The position numbers and the translations under genes were made by a program. From positions 76,891,558 through 76,955,557 of the forward strand of contig NC_068983.1 of NCBI RefSeq assembly GCF_001194135.2: a stretch of 64,000 bases of DNA, in the 5' to 3' direction. Shown here piece after piece: positions 24,401 to 38,285 of this stretch. The notes under the pieces are model-generated. The model made no database searches. It saw nothing but the letters and a program-made list of their open reading frames with translations, and had not been told where the DNA came from. This DNA is from Octopus bimaculoides. Taxonomy: Eukaryota. Position 1 is the stretch's first letter. Each line of letters begins with the position of its first letter.

Positions 24401-26358
24401 TCGGCAGTACTTCCGTAGATTGCTTCCATGACTAGTCACCCTGGAAGAATAATATAATTGTAAGGCCTTCGAGAATTTTGAACATGCTATGTGCAAGATT
24501 GCTAAGTAAATATATCGCACCACATAGGAAAGATCTCTTAAACATTACGGGAGAGGTAGTCAATGAATTTCGATAATTTTCCTATTTGTTTTGTGCTTGT
24601 AAATAACAGAATTGTTCGGTACCGTCTTGGCAACCAGCAGCCAGAACTAGTTGCATAATAGAAATCACCATAATTCTAACCTCAATGTATACCTTCCTTT
24701 AACCCTAAAATGATATAGATTACAATATAATCATTTCTTTTTCGTTATATAAAGATAGTAAATATGCGCTGAATAAGCGCACTTTTGGGGATCGCTTTTG
24801 TCGGAATTTTACGCTGGAAGGGTTGCAAAGTTATTTTTAGTGATATTTACGACATTCAGTGCTTCTTTAATAATATACATATGTTCATATTCTTTGGTTT
24901 GTACTTGAACCTCAATGTCCCTTACATTTCGAGGCTTTACAATTTGACTTTCGATTCAATCACCAATTAGTACAGAATGCGTAGTAGTTGTTTTTTTATG
25001 TTTTCATAAGAACGTCCGTTATCCCTTAGACTCTACATACTGCATATCATAAAAGTTTCTTTAACGGCAATTTTCATTTATCTGCATATATTTTAGAATA
25101 AATGTAGGCAATAGACCTCCTATTTCTTCTGAAACACACCGACGTTACCAATGCAAGGTATCTGACTTAGATGTTTCATTAACTCCTCCGCTACAAAGCA
25201 TTCTGGATCGGCATTCTACTTCCAAATATATTACTGGTGGTTTTGTTTTGGCAATGCCGGGACATTATCTACAATTATTATTCGCTCAGTCTCCCATATC
25301 AATATGAGCTTTTAGCGCAAAGAGTAATTCCAGTGTTTGTTCCAATATAGCACGTTTAGAATTTTGATTCCTATCCTATATCAATTTCATCTTTCAATTT
25401 TTAATGTTCTGTAGTATTATTTTACCTTACTTCCAATGCACGTTTCGTTCCAAATGTGTTCGAGCTTTTTCGTTATAGGTGGAGTAACTTTCATCTATAT
25501 TACTTTAGATAACGTTTTGTGAAATTTATGGGTCTTATCAAATTTAGAGGTTCATTGTATCACGACTTGGTTATTTGGAAGAGTAAGAATATATTCGAAA
25601 TATCCCAGTTTTTTATAAATTTTCACGTCATTCAAGTGATTGTCTCTTTTGATTGTTTCGGTATGCATATGGTGTGTGCCAGTATGTTTTGTTTTTCATA
25701 AACATAGCATTAGATATAGATATGTTTCAGTCTATCAGATTGAAGCTTTGGCATATCTTCTGTCCTACTAGGGTAGTAAATATTTTCACCTTTTATTTCA
25801 ATTCCATTGATTTTATTGTGAATCTTAATATTTTATCATTAGTATCATCCTCATTAATACTGAAATTGCTTTTATAATTAATGTTGAAAAATTGCATTGC
25901 AATTAGAGTTCAATTTCACCTCTTTTACCTTTACACACAAATAACATTCCTGTTGAAGTGAACGTTTTTGGTGTTTCAGAATTATTAGATTAAACGCAAG
26001 ACATACTAAGACCAGAGTACCCTCATCATCATCGAAAGGAAGTGAATGGTTAATATAAAATTAATGCATTGTTTTTAAAAGAATTTAAAATGCCTTAAAG
26101 TAATGATTTCGGTAGATTTCACAACAATTGACATATTTCGTACGTAAATATCTTAATTCTAAATTCCTGTATATATTCGTCTACTTCGAAACTTGTTATT
26201 AACGATGGTTCCTTATTTCGTCTCGCACTTTAGCGTGACGATTATATNNNNNNNNNNNNNNNNNNNNNNNNNNNNNNNNNNNNNNNNNNNNNNNNNNNNN
26301 NNNNNNNNNNNNNNNNNNNNNNNNNNNNNNNNNNNATATATATATATATATATATGTA

Positions 26359-26393
<35 letters not shown>

Positions 26394-26406
26394 ATATATA
26401 TATATA

Positions 26407-26443
<37 letters not shown>

Positions 26444-27120
26444 ATATATACATGTGTGTGTGTGTATGTATGCGTGTGTATGATGGTTAAATGGATAGTG
26501 CAAACGAGTAAGTGCAGCAACTCCATGTTAACATTGCATATTGTTGAAGCGGTAACATAGGAAGCTCTAATTTCGGTTTGATTCATTTTGGTGAAATTGA
26601 TTAATTGATAACGAGTAACAGGGGCGGTGGTTGTTGCTGCGATGTTGAAGGAATAGTATTTCACAGTCTTTTATTAATAGCTCTCACCAATGTGACAGGT
26701 TTTAATTTAAAGTTCGTGATCAACTTTCTTCAATATAATGTAATTATCTCATGTTAAAGAGAAACCTGACCAGGAAATGGTCCAATATATTCTCGTTCCT
26801 TAGTCACTGAAAGGCATTGGTTGATGATGTGCGACAAGTATCAATTACATTTGATGAGTCGTGATGGCTTTGCTGGATAACATGTTAGCATTTTGTTTCA
26901 GGTGTCACGAGGTCATATTCTATCAATACTGTTATGCTCATCACTTTTCAAACGTAAATTTATTCTATCTTCGGCTTACTTACATAATGTAATTTTGAAA
27001 GAAAGAAATCAGTGGTATAGCTTAGTGGCGAAAATTTAATTTAGGGTTGTTTGGAAATGTGTTAAGTTATAACTTTCTCGGAATCTCAGGCTCTTATTGC
27101 TTTCAATGTTAGTGCCACAA

Positions 27121-27262
27121 GGAAGAAGAAGCAGAAGAAGAAGAAGAAGAAGAAGAAGAAGAAGAAGAAGAAGAAGAAGAAGAAGAAGAAGAAGAAGAAG
27201 AAGAAGAAGAAGAAGAAGAAGAAGAGGAGGAAGAAGAAGAAGAATAAGAAGAAGAAGAAGAA
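27121..27262. repeat. (GAA)n microsatellite
   Basis: Direct read. Confidence 0.95.
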
Positions 27263-27534
27263 TGACAAAATATACTGTTTTTTCCCTCTTTGCTCTGTCT
27301 ATGTAGGTAAATGATATTTAATTTCTTATTCTTTCGTTCTCACAAATTTAACTCAGTAATGTTATGAACATCTCTACTTCATCCGCCCTGATGCCACTAG
27401 TGCGTTTCGTTTTAAGAAGGTACACGAAAGAATACCCCGTTAGATATAATTCTACAACAACTTTGCTAGCAATGAACCATATATTCATATGAATTCATTT
27501 TATTTACAAATGAATTGTGATGTTTAAAATAACA

Positions 27535-27750
27535 ATCCTTTCTACTATAGGCACAAGGCCTGAAATTTGGGAAGAGGGATTAGGTCGATTACATCGAACC
27601 CAGTACTCAACTGGTTCTTAATTTATTGATCCTGAGAGGATGAAAGACAAAGTCGACCTCGATGGAATTTGAAGTCAGAACGTAGCGACGGGCGAAACAC
27701 CGCTAAACGTTTCGTCCAGAGTGCTAACGATTCTGCCTGCTCGCCGCTTT
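27535..27750 (-). mobile_element. SINE copy (family of 53903-54141) with the alternative 3' tail
   Basis: GTCGATTACATCGA.CCCAGT...GGATGAAAG.CAAAGTCGACCTCG..GGAATTTGAA...GCTAACG.TTCTGCC.GCTCGCCGC. Confidence 0.9.
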
Positions 27751-29764
27751 TTACAATAATAAGAAGAATAGGCACACAATATTTTATATGCGCATCACAT
27801 TTTCCGGCTATTTTATCTTTTCAATTGCTACTACTCATCCTTATAATTGTATTCATTGTCTTAGTGTAAGAATGTTCTTTGCTCCTGAAATAATTGTGCG
27901 CTGAATACACGATAATGGAAGCACAAATGACTACGCATGATTATCATTTTCCAGGATTCCATTTTCTACACCTTTATCATTAATATTTGATTCTGATTAG
28001 TTTATATATTTATATGTCATTTATATCGGCATAGATGTATTTATTAGTTTCGCCCAGAGAAATGGGTTGCCGCAAGTACGTAATATGCTTTCAGAGACAG
28101 ATGGAGGTAACGATTCTCTTAAATATTTATAATTCAACAGCTGCAGGAAAACAAGTTTATTTCTTATCTACGTGAAAGTTTTCTTCGTGAGGGAGACAGT
28201 GGAAAAATCCATCATTTCACTTCTCTTGAAATGTATTTACTAACTTCACTTTATAAAATATGTAAATATTCATAAGCTTGATATCATCACTTCCAACTTA
28301 AAAACACATGTAATAATGCACGCTTAACTGAGTTTTATTTTATAAATGAGTTATTTTGAGTGATTAGGGAGAATGAGATTGTAGCTTGGCAGATAAGGTG
28401 TAACCCAATATGTTTATCATTAGTAAGAATCAGTTTAAATAACCTTTATATTGTCAAACATTTTCCCCAAACTAGTCTGACTGAGTCTGTGTGGTTGAAA
28501 ACTTCTGCAATATAAAGCTTAAAGGATCGAACACTTATTGTAGTCGATGAAGTGCCAAACATGCTTAAAGCATGGCCAGAAAGATCCTCAAAGTAGCACA
28601 TCTCCTGCTGGGATCATACTGAGATTAGACCTCAATCACTTTAGGATTATATTATTCCAGCTTCCCGTTAAACTGGGAATCATATCGCGGGGGAAAGATA
28701 TATTCAGCTTATACATTAAGGAGGAAAGGTCACTTCAGATATTACTGTCTTTGCTATAAAACCTTGAGGATAACTCGGAAAGGTTACTAGATCTGCTAGA
28801 AGGAATAGTCAGATCCCATGTATTACACTACTGTTTTCTTAAAAAGGTTACATTAAAGAATTACATGCAGTGCATGTTGTGAAGATTAATGATGGATTGC
28901 TCATGATGAGGAACGTCTTCAACATATCTTCGATCAATCACGGCAAATCTGATTATAAAGCAATCAAACCGCCTTGCTCAAACTCAATAAAGAAATGGTG
29001 TTCGGTGGTGGTATTTATTTACAACTATATCTGCAAAATTAATTTCTATCTTACCAAGGTTTAAGACATTAGAATATTCCATATACATAATAAAGAAAAA
29101 AATATGCCATAACGGTTATAATTGTAATGATAATATGAATATACTGAAATATTATTGGAATGCGTGAATACTGAAAATACCAAACGAGATGTACAGTAAA
29201 TAACATAATTTTGGAGCATCTTGAGACTGATCAGTAAATCAGATTTCATGTATCTTAGTATTTAAAATGGTTCAGTCATTCTGCTTACCAGTTTTTGGAA
29301 GGTGGCAGGCAACAACAGTAACGTCAATAACACGGGCAAAACATGTTTTCTAGATTTTGATATAACAGAATAAGATAGCTATAAAACAAACGAACATTTA
29401 AAACAGCCACAAACGTAAAAATATCAATCAAAAATGAAAATAAAAACATAACGACACAACAACACTAATATGCTATAAAAATGAAGCTATCAAACACAAA
29501 AACAAAACAATAGTAAAACAATAAATACATCATCAAAAATGTACAACGATCAGTAAACAACAAAATTATTGGCAAAAACCATAAAATGAACAAGGCCAAC
29601 AGTAACAGCAACATCAATAAATGTATGAAGTACAGAAATCAATCACAAAATATATTTATTTATTGTAACTGAATAACAGATTGACTTAAATACTTAGGGG
29701 CCGACGTATCTACTTGCTGTGCGAAATAAATACTCATAGACAGGCATATACATATATACATACC

Positions 29765-29820
<56 letters not shown>

Positions 29821-30104
29821 NNNNNNNNNNNNNNNNNNNNNNNNNNNNNNNNNNNNNNNNNNNNNNNNNNNNNNNNNNNNNNNNNNNNNNNNNNNNNNNN
29901 NNNNNNNNNNNNNNNNNNNNNNNNNNNNNNNNNNNNNNNNNNNNNNNNNNNNNNNNNNNNNNNNNNNNNNNNNNNNNNNNNNNNNNNNNNNNNNNNNNNN
30001 NNNNNNNNNNNNNNNNNNNNNNNNNNNNNNNNNNNNNNNNNNNNNNNNNNNNNNNNNNNNNNNNNNNNNNNNNNNNNNNNNNNNNNNNNNNNNNNNNNNN
30101 NNNN

Positions 30105-30137
<33 letters not shown>

Positions 30138-30629
30138 CACACCCACAGAGACACATATGGATATGTAATCACATATGCATATGTGTATTTCAATGACATA
30201 TTTCAATGTATGCATTTATGTTAACAGAAACTTCAAACAAATCTGATCACACACCTGCCATTTCAACATTACTAATAACTGCACGAACAAAGTACGGAGA
30301 CAATTTGTAACACCATGGAAAATATTCTCAGACAAGGTCTCCATGAGAACATCACTGTGACTGTAATAAATTGATAGCCTGGCATGGCTTTAAATCATGA
30401 GATTTATTACAGCCGAAGCACACTTTGAATAAAACGAATATTTGAAAATTCCTATAGGAGAACCGTTTGGGAATTAGTGTATTCGTAAATAGTCGAATAT
30501 TATTTGTTTACTTTCCGACGCCAAATATCTCTAGCTTTCCATACATAAATTCACACTTATACTATGTATATGTGTAGGTTTCTCTCTGTGTGTGTCTGTG
30601 CGTACGTGCCTGTGTCTGTGCGTGCGTGC

Positions 30630-30716
<87 letters not shown>

Positions 30717-30908
30717 CATATATGTATTATTCTGTATGTGAATAACTATATTTGGAAAATAGACTGGCCAGCGTTAATGGAAATTATATTACATTAGCTT
30801 CATCTTGGTGTATTGTATTTAAAATTGATAGTGTGGGTAAATGCTCATTTGCAAATACATGAATGCTTTCATTGACTGGGTTTCATGTTTGAGTACAAAT
30901 ATATTTGA

Positions 30909-30946
<38 letters not shown>

Positions 30947-30950
<4 letters not shown>

Positions 30951-31360
30951 TAGTATATTGCCACTTAAGTGTGGCTGACCCCTAGGGGTGGATGTTACTG
31001 TTGCTTTTAGCCCCAGGAGGACATCTCCTCCAGCTGGCTTACCGACACACTACTGTGTCCTGTTTGCCAAGGGAAGTTACCCCTCCCATCATGATCTGCA
31101 GCACGAACGGATCCGGGTTTCAGGGTTATTTCCCTTCGCCGGCGTTCGATAGCCACTGATCCTTGATGAGAGAGATAAAATCCTGGCAATCTTATATCTA
31201 CTTTCCAGTGAAATTCTTCACTGATATCGAAAAGGTGAACACAAGCAATGTTAATTCTCTAAATGAAGTATTAACAGTAACTGCACGATAAAGTGTAGTA
31301 TATTGCCACTTAAGTGTGGTTGACCCCTAGGGGTGGATGTTACTGTTGCTTTTAGCCCCA
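30947..31360 (-). mobile_element. Retroposon 3'-end-like repeat, with a near-identical second copy starting at 31292 and running into a gap
   Basis: 69 bp at 30947-31015 match 31292-31360 with one mismatch. Short (ACTAC/ACTAT)-like tail on the minus strand. An RTE affinity is recalled, not verified. Confidence 0.55.
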
Positions 31361-32560
31361 NNNNNNNNNNNNNNNNNNNNNNNNNNNNNNNNNNNNNNNN
31401 NNNNNNNNNNNNNNNNNNNNNNNNNNNNNNNNNNNNNNNNNNNNNNNNNNNNNNNNNNNNNNNNNNNNNNNNNNNNNNNNNNNNNNNNNNNNNNNNNNNN
31501 NNNNNNNNNNNNNNNNNNNNNNNNNNNNNNNNNNNNNNNNNNNNNNNNNNNNNNNNNNNNNNNNNNNNNNNNNNNNNNNNNNNNNNNNNNNNNNNNNNNN
31601 NNNNNNNNNNNNNNNNNNNNNNNNNNNNNNNNNNNNNNNNNNNNNNNNNNNNNNNNNNNNNNNNNNNNNNNNNNNNNNNNNNNNNNNNNNNNNNNNNNNN
31701 NNNNNNNNNNNNNNNNNNNNNNNNNNNNNNNNNNNNNNNNNNNNATATATATATATATATATATACCTTTTATAAGTAATATTCTAAAAGAATATATAAC
31801 TGAACTTATATTGAGTGCTCAATTATTTTGAGCAAATAAATGTGTATATATGTGTTTTTATATTATTAATAAATTCATAAACTTATCAATAATATACTCA
31901 GGAAATCAATATTTAATATTTCGAAAGACATACATCCAATATGACGCGGCAACATAATAAATTCAAAATTTAAAATATAAATATACGAAATATAAATATC
32001 AACATGTATAAAAATCTGAACGTAGATAAATATACGTGTGAATATAAATGCGTATAAAAATGTATGCGTAATTAGGCATGAATATTGTAAAGTCAAAAAT
32101 ATAAAATATAAAAGAATCTAAAATTTAAAGAGTTCAATATCTCACGATCGTTTCGCGGATATTATTATAATCACAAAATGATCCAAAGATCAGCTTATTA
32201 TCAGTAATTCCGCTCTTCAGAGATGAATTAAGAACCAATGGTATATATATAATATTAAAACATTAGAAATATTTAAAAAAATTAAAAATAATAATAAAAT
32301 ATATACTCTCCTTCCTATAAATTGTAAAGTTAATCCTTCTGAAATATGTAAAGTTCATTCCTTTCGTCCTTTTTTGAAATTTCAAGTGTTAAACACTTTT
32401 TTGTATAAAAATTGGTATATTTTTTTTCTAAATGTATACAAGACCTCGGCAAAACTCATCCTGCTGTTAGACGTGTTGGTAATCCTATAAATCCGATCCA
32501 AGTTTGAAAATTCNNNNNNNNNNATATATATATATATATATATATATATAAATTTATAAA

Positions 32561-32650
32561 TTTAGATAAGACTCGTTTATGGGATTACCACAAGTTTCAC
32601 GTCCATAAAGCGCATAGCATTACGGCGTATCATCAGATCACAAACCTGTT
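32561..32650 (-). ncRNA. Type I hammerhead motif with canonical core
   Basis: CTGATGA(32636-32630)-T-[ACG CCGTAA...TTATGG A CGT]-GAAA(32598-32595)-CTTGT...ACGA-GTC|. Helix III ACTTGT/ACGAGT is 6 bp and the site is GUC. Proximal helix I is weak. Confidence 0.6.
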
Positions 32651-32919
32651 GGTTTGTGGCTTCTCTAGAAAGATCGAGGAGGAAAAGACCTCGCTATTCA
32701 ATGTCAACAATAGAGGATGATTTCGCTTTGGCTATAGATCGTAAATGACCTTGTTATCTTGAGGTTCCCAATAGCGCTGGCATAAACAACAGCGGTAGCA
32801 GTAACGCCAACATCAACTGATACAGCACCGCCAACAACCGACTACGAAGATACATCTTCTACTCCGGTAACACATCCAAGCAACACCTCTCCAACCACAG
32901 ACCTAACTATAGGATACTA

Positions 32920-33085
32920 GAAAGAAGATACTTTATGTTATTAGCCAGCCATGTATACCAGCTGAAACACGAGGGATTCCATACAGAATATCATGGAGAA
33001 TTCTAGAAAATCCAGGCCACTACATAAACGGGACTAAGCGTTGTAAACTGTGCATAGCGGAACGGGTGAGGATACGAAAAGACTC
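32920..33085 (+). pseudogene. Penelope-like GIY-YIG endonuclease C-terminal relic
   Basis: LASHVYQLKHEG, then after a frameshift ISWRILENPGHYINGTKRCKLCIAE. This matches the PLE pattern LSxHIWxLK...IxWxIL...Y.NGxKRCxLCxxE. Confidence 0.75.
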
Positions 33086-33592
33086 CTATGACTCGGGGAC
33101 TCTCATGACCCGGGGACTCCCATGACTTCAGAACAGTGGTCTTCGGACCTTACTCGCATTTCTGGAGATTCGAAATTCCTGTTTGCCTATTGGAACACAC
33201 AAGATAACAGGGTCATTTACGATCGATAGCCAAAGGGTAACAATCTCCTATAGTTGACATTGTGTAGCGAGATCCTTTCCTCATCTATTTTCTAGAGAGG
33301 CCGCTCGCTGGAGAAGCTGTAAGACAATAGATTTGGGATCTGATGATACGCCGTAATGCTTATCGCTTTATGGACGTTAACCCAGGATAATCCTATAAAC
33401 CAGCCTTATCTATCTTTATTTATATAATATAAGGATCTAAAACTTTGCTTCTTTTTCGGATTTGTGTTTTACCGATGATATAAGTGCACACTCACACAAA
33501 CACACACACACACACACACACACACATAAACGCACGCACGCACGCACACGCACACACGCACACGCACACACGCACGCACACACAGACGCACA

Positions 33593-33667
<75 letters not shown>

Positions 33668-34453
33668 GAACCAAGGATCGAGTTGTAGGAGGAAAGTTAG
33701 ATTCAAGAAATCCGTAGTAAATATAAAATACAACTTTCAGGGACAAAAGTGGTTTACTGAACGGAAAGTTGTGGATTTTTGTCTAAAGAAGTACGATAAA
33801 CTGAAAAAGTTCTTTTTATATTTCACGGAAGTCGACCGGGATTGCCGGGTATGCGAATGAGAATACAAGAGTTAAGGAATAGAAAAGATAAGATCCAGGA
33901 TATATAGTTCATAGTGAGCGGAACCTCGGAAGTGGTAAATATCCAAGTCGTATACCGCAGGATACTCTTCAGACCAAGGGTGTTTCGATTGAATGAAAGT
34001 TTACATTGTCGCTAGGAGGTACTTGCTAACATATGGAAGAGTCGATCAGAATATAAATGAAGAAATTAGGAATATAAAAGAAATTAGGAATAAAAAAGAA
34101 ATTAAGAATAACACACGAGAAATGTGAGGAATTTGAGCAAGTACATTTGACCGGTTGTATTCAATAGAGCTACTTCGTCGGAATCACAGAGATTAGCAAG
34201 GGAAGTGGTATTTCAAGAAACAAAATATATGTGGAAGGAAGAGAGTAAGGAAATACTTGTGGTCAAGGGGGAGAAATAATTATGCATGAAATAGTAATAG
34301 AAATGGAAATCAAGAGATAATGGAAAAGAATTGTAGCGACTACTACTATCAATTAAGGAATGTATATTGTGGTGTGTGGTATTGAAATTTTGTTATGGTT
34401 ATTTGTTGACCCATTGATATGTCTCACTGTTTGAATTGCTTCTTCGCTCACAG

Positions 34454-34532
34454 GCATATATTTTATATATGGGCTTGGAGAGAACAAGTGTTCCACTTCG
34501 AACATTTCTGATTATCGTTTGCATAATATGGC
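34454..34532 (+). CDS. Candidate 79-nt internal exon
   Basis: ttgcttcttcgctcacag|GC...ATGGC|gtatgt. One frame reads xIYFIYGLGENKCSTSNISDYRLHNMA; a second frame is also open. Confidence 0.2.
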
Positions 34533-35589
34533 GTATGTTTTTGCATACATCTCTGAATTCATCCAGTTGTGAGACTATTGTAATACAGTTGAATGTTGCT
34601 CGTCTTCAATGTGATCTTAAATGGGCTCGTGGAGATTCTTTGTTCCATCTGTCAGAATCTGACCATAGTGCAGCTGGTATTAAAAAATAATACCAGTCAT
34701 GCATGCATACAAAATTTTGAGGTTTCTTGTTTTATGCATATATAATTTAGATTTAATGCAAATAATCTTCAGGAAAATTTCTGTTTGCATATTGGCATCT
34801 CAATTTCGACAGAAAGTATCATCTAGAGGTATGGAATATTGCTGTAAACGACTACCAGTATCGTAACTTGTGAACTACATATAATACGAGTGTAACAAAA
34901 AGCTACTAACCATTACAATGATTAATTTACTTTTGGCTCTGTCGTCGTCCTCCCGAAATACGGAAACCACTCTAAGGTGAATTAAATCTCCTAGTGCACA
35001 GCAATTGGAAATTATGCAGTTGTTACATCTGAATCAGTATGTCGTGACTCATTATTATATTTATACGAAGACTAATAGAAGGTTTCACAACCTATTGCAG
35101 TCTGCCGCGGGCTGATGATTACTTATCCCGGATGATAGATGTCAAGCATATTGTTTGCAACAACTTTAGATATTCTGGTTCACATTACACCGTGACTTTC
35201 AACGGCCATAGCATATTCAGTGACACTACTTTTTAATTAACTGGTCTAGAAGGAGTTTGCTGCTTGTCTGCAGCTTTCTCATTTTGGCATGAATTCAAAG
35301 GAAAACAATAACATATAATTTTTCAACACTTCTTGTGAGATAAGATTGCGTTGAATGAAAACAAAGCCATGCACAATTAGTTTTTACACTAAGTTCTCAA
35401 ACGTTTACCCTTCAACGACGAATCAAGCTATTGTTCGTGTGTAAAACTCGGCCGTGATTCCCAAATTTACGCATATGATTAAACTTAATGGAAACACAAA
35501 ACAGTCTCAAAAGCATTTTACAAATCATAAATTGTCGTTGGTTACATTTCTCTTGCACTGCAGGTAATATGTAACAAGGTAAGTGGTTT

Positions 35590-36300
35590 CACCCTTCAAA
35601 CATGATGTGATGAACTGTGTACAAGAAACTTTCCCGCAATGGAGAGGAGCATTACATTCCAAATATTAGAGCTACCATATTCATCAACGTAACTTTTGAA
35701 GCTGGCGTCTTCGCTCCTGTTGTGCACTTTTAAATGTCCCTCATACAGATGTAGCAAAAGTACTTCATAATCACTGCGAAAATATTTTCGGTGGTCAAAC
35801 ACGTTTTTCTTCATTGATTTTTGAGGACAGTCCGAACTTCAAATAAATTCAATCTCTTATGAAATGAGCGACTGAAGAAATTTTCCAAAATTTCTACCAT
35901 CACTACATCGCAAATAATATGTACACCGATTTAGGCTGCTGACTGATGCGTCATCCCCACTTCTGCACTAGCACTGACACACCTTTATAAGGTATGTACC
36001 ATACCTGAAGGACACATTTCGATGTCTTGAGCATTTTAAATTTACCTCTGATATTTACCGTTTATATTACGAATATCGCGCTCGGAAAGTACTTTTAGAT
36101 ATCTGATAAGCGACTGTACGGAGTTTCGCAGCTCTTGTGTAAGCAATCCGAGAGCCAGTTGATGTTCACGTAGAATTCAAGTCAAATATATAATCAATAA
36201 GCTTGTAAACAATATGCGACATCAATGTCTGAAAATTCACTGTGATTCTACATGTCGTTGGTTGTGAGGTATTGCTGAAATACAGCGAGTGGACAGCTCT
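35590..36300 (-). mobile_element. Highly decayed piggyBac-like transposase relic
   Basis: Ordered fragments WYIPYKG, ENFFS and RTVLKN resemble piggyBac/PGBD motifs (PYxG, DNFFTS, GTVRKN). Many disruptions. Confidence 0.35.
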
Positions 36301-37119
36301 CACTGTACATCGAAATCACATGATCTGGCAGTCCCGGCGACCAGAGCAGACGATTTTCATCTGCTAACAGTGTAAATCTCTGTGCCTTTATGCACCGTGT
36401 GTCCATATAAGAGGCTCTCTTAAAGCGAATACCACAGCATTCAGCGTTCTAACAAACCTTCCACATTAGAATGGATATAAAGGTTGCATATATATTAATA
36501 ATTTCATGTGTAATATTAATAATGAGGTAATTATGCCGAGTAATTCTAAATTGATTTAAGCATGTTTAAAGTCCATAAATCTATCACTGGCAGCTACTGT
36601 GATGTTTTCTGCATGAATGTAGTGAGAAATATACATCAACGAACAAGACGAAAATGACATGGTTCATTCTATTCTTCGTAACTAAGAAAATGCCACATTT
36701 CCCTATAGAAAATAGGACAGAGCATAATTCATCTGAAAATATTAATCGATGAAAATGTAACAACGCGAAAACAAATGAGCCTAACAAAATAAGTCATATG
36801 ATATGATGTCATATACATCTTTCCAAAATGCAGAAAAAAAAATAGTCAATATTATATACTCAAACCCAATGTATTTTAGTTGCTGATAACTTTCGAATTT
36901 AACATAGAAAATATATGATGAATCTTGATCGATTTGCATAACCAAAGTGTATTCTAAATAATTATCTGATAATTATTTGAAACATATGGCTGCAACTATC
37001 TGAAAAAAAAAAAACACCGATGCTAATACTGAGCAACGCTTCACGAAAATGTTGTTGTAGAATATTTTAGATATAGATAGTAATTAAACTGTAAGTGTAA
37101 TCGATAGAAAGAAAGGGAA

Positions 37120-38285
37120 TATACAAGGGAAATAGAGGGACTGTTCCAGCGAATTAATATTTATTTTCATTTCTGTCGCATAGTACATGAGAAATAAAAT
37201 AATAGCACAAGAAAACAACACACGCAATTTTTACTCTCATATACGCGAAGCGCAGCAATTTAAAACTCGCTAATTTAGTAAATGTTAGCGAAATATGGAC
37301 CTGAAAGCCTCTAACGGGCATGTTTCAATTTTATCAAAGAAAATTAATATTCAAAGTCTTCGAACACTGACAGGATAGTTCACTTCGTGTAACGGCTTCG
37401 GGAGTTTTCGATGATGATGCCGGAGATCAATGAGTGGGATGGCTAATGATATTCAGGTTTTAGAATGAACAATCACAAATGAGGCACACAAGAATATTAT
37501 ACAGAAGCCTTTTGTACTTATGAGAGGACAATACATGCTTGGAATGTCACTGTAAAACCGTTTAATCCACGTTGAACGATAATTTAACATGGGTAAAATC
37601 CCCTCACAATCATGGTATACTTTAGGTCTTCTCTGATGCGAAATAGTTCAATCAAGGACAAGTATCTAACGATGGAAGTGATATTATGTCCCAAAAGTGA
37701 TGCATACTAAGTTTCCAGCAACTGTCATGATTGTAGGAGTTCTGTGTAAGACGATCATATCACGTCACTTCACGTATTTCCCCAGAGTTTTAGTATGAGT
37801 GCTATTGAATACGTTGAGATGATGAGGACACTTCTTATGCCCTGGATGGATGATGCACGCAGTAGAAGGCCATGCATGTTTCAGCAAACCTCAACCCCTT
37901 CTCAGGAATGTCACGAATGGGTGTAAGACAATATTTACTATCATGTAACACAAAATATTGTGGCCTCTAAACTTGCCTTAATTATATTCCATGGACTATT
38001 ATTTTGATATATTTCTTGAAAGGCAGCTTAATCGTAAACCTCACACTTTCTGAGCTTCATTCAGTGTTGCCAATGTCTACGTGGTGTTCGAAGTGAATGA
38101 AGACCAGTCAGTGCAATTATGTCAACAAACCCTGTAACGCGTTGAAGCAGACATCGAAGTTAAAGGTAGATTTAGAGAATTTGGAAAAAATCTTTGTCAA
38201 TTCAAGCAAGCCAAAAATATACATCGTTTTGTATTTAAAAAAAAAAAATTATACTTAGATTTTATTATTATCCGGAACACCTGCA
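37120..38285 (+). mobile_element. Decayed maT/DD37D (Tc1/mariner) transposon
   Basis: VFSDAK, VMHTKFPATVMIVGV, PWMDDARSRRPCMFQQTS and SMDYY are characteristic maT motifs. A TIR-like end lies near 38265-38285. Confidence 0.85.

Larger units (their letters stand above)
32555..33415. mobile_element. Penelope-like element relic with inverted pseudo-LTR arms (32555-32780 / 33185-33415)
   Basis: The reverse complement of 32555-32780 aligns to 33185-33415 (AAGATAACA.GGTCATTTACGATC.ATAGCCAAAG; GATCTGATGATACGCCGTAATGCT). The arms enclose a PLE endonuclease C-terminal relic. Confidence 0.8.

Noticed and set aside
27086-27306. Poly-Arg / poly-Phe ORFs
   Set aside because: (GAA)n microsatellite.
28550-28760. 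Possible LINE endonuclease relic (W.H...DYII)
   Set aside because: Too degenerate to support.
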